A stretch of 37,520 nucleotides of DNA, taken from the IMG/VR virus record IMGVR_UViG_3300045974_000563; one strand, given 5' to 3'. Origin of the DNA: a virus. The notes beneath the pieces are model-generated. The model had not been told where the DNA came from, did not search any database, and saw nothing but the letters and a program-made list of their open reading frames with translations. The translations under genes were made by a program, and so were the position numbers. This document shows, piece after piece, positions 20,901-29,111 of this stretch (position 1 is its first letter; every line of letters begins with the position of its first letter).

Positions 20901-23900
20901 GCTGCCCTCACTGCCGGCAGGCCATCGATATCGAATTTCTCGACCAGTCGGGCGGAACGGCTGGTGTTGCTGGCGATGGTGGCATTGCCGGCCTTCTGCT
21001 CATCGCGCAGCAGGGCGACTTCGCTGCGCAAGGCCTTGAGCTCGTCGAGCATGCCGGACCAGTTGTCCATCATCGAGCGCGTATCGCCGGCATTGACGAT
21101 GTTGGATTGCCCGGTGATTTCCATTTCCGGGCCGTTTTCGCCGACCAGGCGCAGGCCGCCGGCGTGATAGCCGCCACTGGCGAAGGTCGGCACGGTGTAG
21201 GTGCCATATTTCGCCAACAGGTATTGCCGATAGGCGTCCGACGATCCGGCCAGCGTGTAGGGGTTGTCCTGCGAGCTGAAGGTGAAGCCGGTACCGGCCT
21301 TGTCGATGAAGATGCCCATCGAGTCGGAGATGCGCTGCATGGCGCCGGCCGCCGTCTGCACAACGTCGCCGATGGATGTCGTGGTGAAGAATGAGGCCCA
21401 GTCCGTCGCCGCCTGCTGATAATTGCCCACGACAATCGGCGTCTGGTTACCGCTCATTTTATCGAGCATGGCATTCAGGGCCGTCAGTTGATCCTGAGCG
21501 ACTTTGAGCTGGCTTTCGGCGATCGGGATCTGACGATCCGCGACGCTCATCACCGAATCGACATTGGCCAGTACCCGACCGAGATCAAGGGAATAGGTCT
21601 TGGCGGAGCCGGTGGCCATCGAGGCTTTGAGGAAGTCATTGGAGGCTCCCTGCAGCTGCCCGGCGGCCGTGCTGTCGCCGAGCTTGGCCTTGCTGGCGAT
21701 ATCGTCATAGGTCTTCTTGGCCGCTGCATATTTGGCCTCGGGCGAGAGCGTCGAGGTATCGCCGAGCAGCAGGCTGTTTTTGTAATCCTTCATGCTGGCG
21801 AGAATCGACGTGAAGGTATCGGCCATGCTCTGAGCCGCATCGGCGGCTGTTTGGGCGGCCGTGATGTTGCCCTTGATGATGTCTTGCTGCGCCGTGCGCT
21901 GGGCTTCGAGATACTTGGCGATCTGCTGGGCCTGTGCCTCGCGGTTGGCGCTGACGATGGCCGCCGCCGAGGCCGCGACATCATCGAGTGTCGGTGTCAG
22001 GGCAGCGAAGCCGGCCTGCAGGGACATCAGCGCGGCAAACGTGCCCTGACCGGCGGTGGTCGACAGATCGAGCGAATTGACCAGATCCTTGAAGCCCTGC
22101 CGCGTAGTCGGCATGATCTGACCAATGTTGTCGAACTGGACTTTCATATCGGCCCAGAGCTGCTTGGTTTGATCGGCCTGCGTGTAGAAGTTAGAGTAAT
22201 AGCCAGCGAAAGCCGTATTGAATGCATCGATCGTGCCAAAGAAGCCGACCAGGGCGTCCGATCCTCTCAGGATTCCATCAAGATTGTTTTTGCCGAACGT
22301 ACCGACAATGGTTTTACCCATTAGCTCAAAGGCCCGGCCGACAGCATTTGTTTCATTGAGAATGCGCTCAAACGATGCCGTCCAGCTTTCACCACTTTTG
22401 GCCAGCTGCGATACGGATGGAATCAGCACATTGCCCATCGCCTGCATAAGACCATTGGAAGCGACGTCTGCCGCGGCCGATAGATCGTTGGTGGCCACGC
22501 TGAAGCTGTAGGAGAACCCCTTGAGTTTGTCAGCCAGGGAGGTATCGTCAAAGACCTCGCCGAGCATGATGAACGAGTTTCGAACACCTTTATAGAGCGT
22601 CCCCATGATTGAGGTGAAATCAGCCGGCAAGGCATACCAGTCGGTCCATTCACGCGAGCTGCTGAAGAGGCCACCGCTTTTCTTCATGTTGACGCCGTAC
22701 TGGCCGGAAAAGCCCTGGGTATCTTCGCTGAATGTTCCGGTCGTCTGGTAGCCCGTCACCCGCTTGGCGCCGAACAACGCCGACTGGATAGCGTAGTGGA
22801 TCTGGGCCGACAGCGAGCCGCCGCCGAGAATCGCGTAAAGCTGGGAATTGACGAACTTGTCGCCAAAGATGGCGCGCATCGGTTCGTCTTTCATGGCGCG
22901 GATAGCCACCTCGGCATCCCATGACTTGGTGTCGCCCTGGGCAGCGTAATTTTCCCACCGCACCCCCTTACGCCAGGCCTCGGACGACATGTACATACCG
23001 GCGACGATGGCGGCGACCCAGGCGATGCTGGAAACGCCGAGCGAGGCGCCCGTGCCACTCGCTGCCGTACCCGTTCCGGCTGCGCCGGTGCCGGCCGCTG
23101 TCCCTTCACCCGCAACGCTGACGCCGGCCCAACCGCCATTCGCCGTGTAGAGCGCGCCGATGGAATCGCCACCCAGTGCCCCGACGCCGTTGGCGTAAGC
23201 CAGCGAATAGCCGCTGGCACCGACAGCGGAGCCCGTCAAATATTGCGACGCGGCGCCGTACAGGTTATATGCCGAATTGGCATTGCTGGCCAGGCCGAGA
23301 TAATTGACACCATTACCGCCATTGGCGCTCGACGTACCGGCGATGGCATTGATGCCGTCCGAGATCAGACTGCCAGCCGAATCGACGGTGTAGTTGATGG
23401 CCAGCTTGAGGACCATGGATTTGAAGGTGTTTTTCAGCGACTGGGCAAAGGCGTGGCCGAAGGACTCACCGGACTCGAAAGCGCGAAACAGGCTATCGGT
23501 CAGGCTGCGATTGATCTCGTCGCCGAATTTCTGCCAGGCCTTGGACGAATCTTCCGCCGCCTTGACGGCGACTTCCTTGCCGGCCTTTTGGCGATCCAGC
23601 TCGGCCTGTACGGAGAGCTGCTCAGCTGAAGCGCGCTTGGCGGCGGCGAGCTGCTCGTAGCCGGCGATGATATCGGGCATGACGCCGTTGATGCGCATTT
23701 CCTCGAGGTTGTTTTCGATGGCCGCAGCCGTGGCCAGATCATCAGCGGCAGCGACATCGTTCTTCGCGGCCTTGTACAGCGCCTGTTGATCCTTGCTCAT
23801 GCCGAGCATGGCGATTTCATCGCGCAGCGCATCATTGGACTTCTGCAGGCCGGTGAGGCGCTTTACTTCTTCGTCGACCATCTTGGCCATCAGATCGGAG

Positions 23901-25639
23901 CGTTCCTTGACGCCGTCCAGGGTGGCCTTGTCGGCATCCTTGGCGAATTTCTGTTCCTTGGTCAGGTTGCCGACCGCCGTGGCGTACTGGTCGAGCGTCA
24001 GCTTGCCTTTCTGGTAAGCCTTGTGTAGGGTTTCCAGATCGCTCCAGTAATTAGCATCGAGGCCGGTTTTCTTGCCGCTGATCTTGTCGAGCAGTGAATT
24101 CAGCTCCTCGGCATCCTTGACCTCCTGCGATTTTCCGCTTTTCTTGTCGGTGTATTTTTCGCGGATGGCGGCAATGCGGGATTCGATATCAACCTGTTTG
24201 ACGCCAGCGGCATTGCCTTGCTCGCGCGCCTTGTTGATCTCCTGACGCATCTGTTGCTCTTTGGTCAGGTAGGCAGTACCGCCCTTCTCCCATTCGATAC
24301 CGGCCTTGGCCAAGGCATTGCCCTCGGCCAGGGCGATATTCTTCTTTTTCTCCGCTTCGATCTGAGCTTCGATGACGGCGATCTGGGCGCGGTCGTTCGT
24401 CGCGCCGCCAAACAGCGATCCGCCATTAGCCAGCGCCTGACGAGCAGCCGCCAATTGCTGTTCGAGCGATCCTTCTCGCCCGACGTTGAGCATCTTGTCC
24501 CAGGCGTTCTTGGCGACATCGCCAACGCCTTGCCAGGCCTTTTCCAGCGTGCCCATGCTGGCCGTCACCTTGGCCGCCGTTTCGATCTGGGCATCGGCAA
24601 AGGTTTTTTGGGCGAGCGCTGCCGCCTCAGCAGTCTTTCCCTGGTCTTCCAGCGCCTTGATTTGCTTGTAAACCGTTGCAGTCAAATAGTTGTATTGTTC
24701 ATTGAGCTTGGCCGAGGCTTCGACCGGCGACTTACCCAGGCTTTCGAATTCCGTGACCGTATCGCTGATGGCCTTGCCGGTGGCGCGGTTCATGGCGACG
24801 GCTGCCGTCGCAGCACCGCCTAGGGCGCTTTCAGCCACCTTTCCGGACTTGACCATCTGGTCAAGGGCATCGACCGCAGCGCCCTTGGTAGCCCCCGTAG
24901 CCGCAGCGACTGATTGCGACAGATTCTTGAGATTATTGACCGAGGTGCCGGCCGCATTACCGCTCAGGATGATGTTTTTTGCCATTTCATTGGCTTCGGC
25001 CGCTCCTGAGATATAGGCATAGGCCAGACCACCAACGGCAGCGGCGGCGATGGTATAGGGATTTACCAGGCCGAGCACGTAACCACCCAGCGCCTTGGCG
25101 GCCGCACCGACACCACCGAACATATCCTTGAGCTGGCCACCCTGCTGGAGAAGGACGGTCAATGGTTTTTGGCCGCCCTGCAGGGAGACGACGATATCGG
25201 TGAACTGTGCCGGGACACTGCGCAGGGCTTGCGCTGTCTGACCCGCCGTGATGCCCATGTTTTGCAGACTGCCTTGGGCGAGTTTCTGCTTGGCAATGGC
25301 TTCGTCGAGCTGTACCAGGTAGGGCTTGAGGGCGTCGACATTGGCGCCGCGCTGGTTGGCGATGGCTTCGTAATACTGCGAGGTGCCCCGGCTGCCGGCC
25401 TCCATGGCCGCCGTGGTGCGCTGGATAGAGGCAATGATGCCTTTGGTGCTGCGATCGAGCACTTCGGCCGCACCGCTGCCCTGGCTGCCGATCTTGCCGA
25501 TGCCTTCGCTAGCCTTGCGGCCGGCCTCTTCGCCGGCATCGCCGATTTCCGCAAGTTTAGCCTTGGTCTTGTTGACGCCGACGTCGACGCCGGACCCGGC
25601 ATCGACTACCGTCTCAATTCGAAAGACACCGTCCGTCAT
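20897..25639 (-). CDS. Tail tape measure protein (1580 aa)
   Basis: N-terminal lambda-type TMP region (VPAQFTDIVVSLQGGQKPLTVLLQQGGQLKDMFGG), long coiled coils and Gly/Ala hydrophobic segments. Follows the G/G-T chaperones. Confidence 0.9.
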   Translation of the reverse strand: MTDGVFRIETVVDAGSGVDVGVNKTKAKLAEIGDAGEEAGRKASEGIGKIGSQGSGAAEVLDRSTKGIIASIQRTTAAMEAGSRGTSQYYEAIANQRGANVDALKPYLVQLDEAIAKQKLAQGSLQNMGITAGQTAQALRSVPAQFTDIVVSLQGGQKPLTVLLQQGGQLKDMFGGVGAAAKALGGYVLGLVNPYTIAAAAVGGLAYAYISGAAEANEMAKNIILSGNAAGTSVNNLKNLSQSVAAATGATKGAAVDALDQMVKSGKVAESALGGAATAAVAMNRATGKAISDTVTEFESLGKSPVEASAKLNEQYNYLTATVYKQIKALEDQGKTAEAAALAQKTFADAQIETAAKVTASMGTLEKAWQGVGDVAKNAWDKMLNVGREGSLEQQLAAARQALANGGSLFGGATNDRAQIAVIEAQIEAEKKKNIALAEGNALAKAGIEWEKGGTAYLTKEQQMRQEINKAREQGNAAGVKQVDIESRIAAIREKYTDKKSGKSQEVKDAEELNSLLDKISGKKTGLDANYWSDLETLHKAYQKGKLTLDQYATAVGNLTKEQKFAKDADKATLDGVKERSDLMAKMVDEEVKRLTGLQKSNDALRDEIAMLGMSKDQQALYKAAKNDVAAADDLATAAAIENNLEEMRINGVMPDIIAGYEQLAAAKRASAEQLSVQAELDRQKAGKEVAVKAAEDSSKAWQKFGDEINRSLTDSLFRAFESGESFGHAFAQSLKNTFKSMVLKLAINYTVDSAGSLISDGINAIAGTSSANGGNGVNYLGLASNANSAYNLYGAASQYLTGSAVGASGYSLAYANGVGALGGDSIGALYTANGGWAGVSVAGEGTAAGTGAAGTGTAASGTGASLGVSSIAWVAAIVAGMYMSSEAWRKGVRWENYAAQGDTKSWDAEVAIRAMKDEPMRAIFGDKFVNSQLYAILGGGSLSAQIHYAIQSALFGAKRVTGYQTTGTFSEDTQGFSGQYGVNMKKSGGLFSSSREWTDWYALPADFTSIMGTLYKGVRNSFIMLGEVFDDTSLADKLKGFSYSFSVATNDLSAAADVASNGLMQAMGNVLIPSVSQLAKSGESWTASFERILNETNAVGRAFELMGKTIVGTFGKNNLDGILRGSDALVGFFGTIDAFNTAFAGYYSNFYTQADQTKQLWADMKVQFDNIGQIMPTTRQGFKDLVNSLDLSTTAGQGTFAALMSLQAGFAALTPTLDDVAASAAAIVSANREAQAQQIAKYLEAQRTAQQDIIKGNITAAQTAADAAQSMADTFTSILASMKDYKNSLLLGDTSTLSPEAKYAAAKKTYDDIASKAKLGDSTAAGQLQGASNDFLKASMATGSAKTYSLDLGRVLANVDSVMSVADRQIPIAESQLKVAQDQLTALNAMLDKMSGNQTPIVVGNYQQAATDWASFFTTTSIGDVVQTAAGAMQRISDSMGIFIDKAGTGFTFSSQDNPYTLAGSSDAYRQYLLAKYGTYTVPTFASGGYHAGGLRLVGENGPEMEITGQSNIVNAGDTRSMMDNWSGMLDELKALRSEVALLRDEQKAGNATIASNTSRSARLVEKFDIDGLPAVRAA

Positions 25640-25657
25640 GATTGTCCTGAAAAAGGC

Positions 25658-26373
25658 TTATTGCTGATTGAAGAAGGTGAGCGCTTCACCTTCGATGAAT
25701 TGCACGTCGCGGAACAGCTGTTGCCATTCAGGGCGCTCGAGCTGGCGATCGTCGAGCAGACGGAAGAGGACGTTGTAGTCCAGTCCCGTCCGACCGCCGA
25801 CGCCGGTTCGCCACTGCGTCGACAGTGAGCAGAAGAGTTCGAAGGCTGGCCAGTTTTCCGGCCAGAGCTCGAAGGGTTCCTGCGCATAGTCGGCGGGGAC
25901 GAAACCACTGCCTTCCAACTCTTTTGCAGTCGGAATGTGGTGGTAGAACGCCTGAACGGCCCCGGTCAGTTTCCCAGGCGGCCTTCGGTGATGGCGAGTC
26001 GGTAGGTTTCGAAAATGGCATTGGCGGCACCGGGCAGTTCGTTGGCCAATTGTTCGAAGGCTTCGCGGCTGGGGTCGACATCGAGATTCCAGCTTTCGAC
26101 GCAGGCGATCAGATGATCGGCATTGGCTTCGATGCCGAGGCTGTGCACTTCTTCCCAAGAACCTTCGGCCTGGTCAGGGCTCGATGCGTCTTCTTTGGTC
26201 TTGAGACGCAGTTTGGCTGATTCGCGGGCTTCGTCGACAAATTTACCGAACTCGGTGCGCGTGCGATAGACGAAGACGACATCGATGCTGCCTTCGGTGC
26301 CATCGAGCATCGGGAAGGTGACGGTCTTCTTGAAGTTCTTCGGGCGATTGCCCAGGATTACCTTGTTGGCCAT
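25658..26373 (-). CDS. Tail assembly chaperone G-T fusion made by -1 programmed frameshift at GGGAAAC (25969..25975)
   Basis: The -1 frame is open from the slip site to 25658 and encodes a DUF1799-like T part (FELWPENWPAFELFCSLSTQW...GLDYNVLFRLL). Confidence 0.7.
25966..26373 (-). CDS. Tail assembly chaperone (gpG-like)
   Basis: ATG at 26373. 135 aa. Lies between the major tail and TMP genes. Ends at a slippery heptamer. Confidence 0.75.
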   Translation of the reverse strand: MANKVILGNRPKNFKKTVTFPMLDGTEGSIDVVFVYRTRTEFGKFVDEARESAKLRLKTKEDASSPDQAEGSWEEVHSLGIEANADHLIACVESWNLDVDPSREAFEQLANELPGAANAIFETYRLAITEGRLGN

Positions 26374-26391
26374 GATTTTTGCTCTCAATAA

Positions 26392-26452
26392 TAAAAAGGC
26401 CCGATGCGCTGGAGCGACCAGCCGGGCGTAAAAAGGCCCGCCGAAGCGGGCC
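26392..26452 (-). terminator. Tandem rho-independent terminators downstream of the major tail gene
   Basis: Minus strand reads ggcccgc-ttcg-gcgggcc-ttttt (26429..26452), then an imperfect hairpin followed by ctttttatt (26392..26427). Confidence 0.6.
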
Positions 26453-26470
26453 CGGGCACAACGATGATGT

Positions 26471-27118
26471 TTAGGAAGCGTAACGCACGGCGCGGTTGTT
26501 GCCGTTGAAGCTGGCCTTGACCTTGTTGATCTGGCCATCCTGCAGCGAGACGGCTTCGTTCAAGGCCACCGTGCAGGGCACGAGCAGGATGGAACCGGAA
26601 CGGGTCACCATCTTGAGGATGGTGTCGGTCTGCACATCGGTCAGGCCCTTGAGTGCGGTATAGCCGGCGCTGCCGATGGAGTCGGCATCGAGTTCGAGGG
26701 TGTAGCTGGTCGCCGCGAAGCCGTCGTTGATCGAGTATTCGACGTCCGACTCGACAAACTTGTAAGTGACGTTCTTGGGATCGCCACCGCTCGACTGTGG
26801 CGACATGACGGTCGTGATCTGGGTAAAAGAAGTGACCTTGATGACGGTGCCGATGCCGGTGCCGGCCGGGAAGAAGGTTCCATTGGTGGTGTCGGCACCT
26901 TCGAGCACGAAGCTGTCGGTCGTCACGGTCTTGATCCGGAAGGCGCGCTTGTTGAGACGACCCCAGCCGGAGTACATGAGGACGATATCGCCGACCGAGA
27001 AGCCATGGGCAGTTGAGGAAACAACGGCCTCGGACGCATTGGAAACGGCGGAAACCGTCTTTACCGTGCCGAGCGCAGAAGCGATGTAAAACGTAGAACC
27101 AGTGGGCACTTGGGCCAT
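26471..27118 (-). CDS. Major tail (tube) protein
   Basis: ATG 27118 follows aaggaa. 215-aa beta-rich ORF in the canonical position, bracketed by terminators. Confidence 0.7.
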   Translation of the reverse strand: MAQVPTGSTFYIASALGTVKTVSAVSNASEAVVSSTAHGFSVGDIVLMYSGWGRLNKRAFRIKTVTTDSFVLEGADTTNGTFFPAGTGIGTVIKVTSFTQITTVMSPQSSGGDPKNVTYKFVESDVEYSINDGFAATSYTLELDADSIGSAGYTALKGLTDVQTDTILKMVTRSGSILLVPCTVALNEAVSLQDGQINKVKASFNGNNRAVRYAS

Positions 27119-27138
27119 GGCTATTCCTTTCAAGGACG

Positions 27139-27202
27139 AAAAAAAACCGCCTTTCAGCGGTCGAATGCGCCCTTACGGGCAAGAAAAACCGCTCGGAGGC
27201 GG
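27139..27202 (-). terminator. Two hairpin + T-run elements upstream of the major tail gene
   Basis: Minus strand reads ccgc-ctccga-gcgg-ttttt (27184..27202) and accgc-tgaaag-gcggt-tttttttt (27139..27161). Confidence 0.5.
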
Positions 27203-27224
27203 CTGGTCAGGAGCCAACCAGTTG

Positions 27225-27578
27225 TTAACGGCCAGCGGAAATCATGAAATCCTGCAGCGTGCCGCGCAGGGCCAGGTCTTCATCGAATGTCGTGCTGAAG
27301 GCGCCGAGCGGGCGGGCCTGAAAGACAGAGGCCGTGATCATGGACGCCTCGACCTGCAGGGCCAGGGCGCTGGCTGCAAGCCGCGTATCGGCCCAGACGC
27401 TGAGCTGTAGCCGGGCCATGCGATTGCTCGGCACGGTGTTGTCGACATAGCTTTCAGACGGGCCGCCAACTTGTTGCCAGACGAGATAGGGCCGCACGGT
27501 TTCGGCCGGCGCGAAATCCGGGAAAACCCGCGGGCAGAGGCCTTGCAACAGGGCAGTCAGATCAGTTTCAAGGCTCAT
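27225..27578 (-). CDS. Tail completion/terminator-like protein (DUF3168-type)
   Basis: 117 aa. LTALLQGLCPRVFPDFAPAETVRPYLVWQQVGG is typical of DUF3168 proteins. Canonical gene order. Confidence 0.6.
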   Translation of the reverse strand: MSLETDLTALLQGLCPRVFPDFAPAETVRPYLVWQQVGGPSESYVDNTVPSNRMARLQLSVWADTRLAASALALQVEASMITASVFQARPLGAFSTTFDEDLALRGTLQDFMISAGR

Positions 27579-28024
27579 TTGCGAGCGGCCAGATAGTCAG
27601 TCATCGATTGTTTCGCAGCGCGCAGGGCATCGGGCTTTCCGGTATCGAAGGCGCGGCGCATGAAGGCGACGCCGGGCTGGTGTTTTGTCCCGTATTCGAC
27701 CATGAAACCGTAGGGACATTTTTTATGGTTCCAGGCGATGTGATAGGTCGCCCGACCGTTTCCGCTGTTGTCCGTCGATTTGACCTGGTAGATCGAATCC
27801 TGCAGCGTACCGGCTTCAAACCAGTATTTCGTGCCGTTGACCTTGAACGAGGTGCCATGGAACCAATGGCCTTTGTCGGAGCGCGGCGCCAGCAATTTGG
27901 CTTCGCGGTAGAACACTTCGGCGGCGGCCTGAGCACCGATGTACACGCCATGCTCCCGGATATCGTCAACATAGGCATCGAGGCCGGCGAAGATTTCCGC
28001 CAGATTGTTTTTGCTGTAGCTCAT
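27575..28024 (-). CDS. HK97 gp10-family head-tail joining protein
   Basis: ATG at 28024. EVFYREAKLLAPRSDKGHW...GTLQDSIY. The track's N-terminal extension was rejected. Confidence 0.65.
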   Translation of the reverse strand: MSYSKNNLAEIFAGLDAYVDDIREHGVYIGAQAAAEVFYREAKLLAPRSDKGHWFHGTSFKVNGTKYWFEAGTLQDSIYQVKSTDNSGNGRATYHIAWNHKKCPYGFMVEYGTKHQPGVAFMRRAFDTGKPDALRAAKQSMTDYLAARK

Positions 28025-28347
28025 TTCGTAACCTGGCAGACGAGATCGAGCCAACCCCCGGACCGATTGGGCAGTAGGGCATTGATGGCGTAAAGAGTGC
28101 TGCCGTGCAGGACGCGCATGGTTTCGTCGATATCCGTGCGGTAGCGCAGGCGGATCGAGACTTTGACGATGGAGACGTCTGCACCGCCCTTGATCGTCTG
28201 CAGGCCGGATACATGCAGAATCTCGGCGGCACACCCGGGCAGCACTGTCGTCCAGGATTCTATCGGCTGACCCGTGGCATCCTGCGTGGTCGTGCGCTGC
28301 TGAATATCGATGCGGTCCTTCAATCGGCCAGAGGAGATGGAAAACAT
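28021..28347 (-). CDS. Head-tail adaptor / head closure protein
   Basis: LKDRIDIQQRTTTQDATGQPIESWTTV...VSIRLRY pattern. Canonical gene order. Confidence 0.65.
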   Translation of the reverse strand: MFSISSGRLKDRIDIQQRTTTQDATGQPIESWTTVLPGCAAEILHVSGLQTIKGGADVSIVKVSIRLRYRTDIDETMRVLHGSTLYAINALLPNRSGGWLDLVCQVTK

Positions 28348-29003
28348 CAGAGTGTCTCGTTGTAGATGCGATAGGCATCAAGCAGGCGATCCCAGAGGCG
28401 CTCCGGCACGGCGGCGATGCGACCCTCCAGAATGATGCCGCGCTGATCGAAGAGCGTCGAAATCACCAGTTTCATCCATTGCTTGATGGCTTGCGGCACC
28501 GCCGAGGCCGCACCATAGCCGCAGGTGTAACGAATGCGCACCGCATTCGGGACGGGATAGGTGGCTGGCCAGGTCTTGCCATACGCCGGCAGGACGCGCC
28601 CGGGTTCGGAATCGATATCGGCGATGTACTCGGTCGGCGCTAAGGTTTGTTGCTGGCCGGCGGCATCGAGATAAGTGATCGCGTCGACCGACGCGATGGG
28701 TGACCCTCGGAGCGTAATGCTACCGGATGCCGCGCAATATCGCCCCGGGTTGATGGCCATCGTATCGATACGGCCTTGCTGAACGGGATCCCGTTTGTAT
28801 AGCAAGAAGCCATCGAGCACCCGCTCGCGAACCTGCGTGCACAAGGCCCGGCCTGTCTCATGCTCGGCCTGCTGCCGCGCTGAGCTGATGAGCCCATTCA
28901 GCAATTCGTCATAGACTGCCGTATTGTCCACGGAACATTGCACTTTCGCTTCATCGAGCGAAACAGGCTCTTCCGTGGGCGCAGTGATGATCTTGATGGT
29001 CAT
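28347..29003 (-). CDS. gp6-like head-tail connector protein
   Basis: N-terminus EEPVSLDEAKVQCSVDNTAVYDELLNGLISSARQQAEHETGRAL. Confidence 0.65.
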   Translation of the reverse strand: MTIKIITAPTEEPVSLDEAKVQCSVDNTAVYDELLNGLISSARQQAEHETGRALCTQVRERVLDGFLLYKRDPVQQGRIDTMAINPGRYCAASGSITLRGSPIASVDAITYLDAAGQQQTLAPTEYIADIDSEPGRVLPAYGKTWPATYPVPNAVRIRYTCGYGAASAVPQAIKQWMKLVISTLFDQRGIILEGRIAAVPERLWDRLLDAYRIYNETL

Positions 29004-29023
29004 GGGTTCGCTTGTTCAGATAT

Positions 29024-29046
29024 GAAAAAACCGCCCGGAGGCGGTT
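29024..29046 (-). terminator. Rho-independent terminator following the LamG/SGNH gene
   Basis: Minus strand reads aaccgcc-tccg-ggcggtt-tttt. Confidence 0.65.
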
Positions 29047-29111
29047 GGTTTTGAATCACGGTGCAGAGATGATGTGAATTTGTGATGGGGAGAGGTACGG
29101 GGGATTAGAAA

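Noticed and set aside
20897-25639. Dozens of 60-280-aa ORFs on both strands inside the tape measure gene and other large genes (for example 21488..22324, 24218..24823, 25169..25828).
   Set aside because: They are antisense or off-frame ORFs typical of high-GC DNA. Their products are Arg/Pro/Ala-rich and low in complexity, and they lie fully inside genes with clear homology-style motifs.
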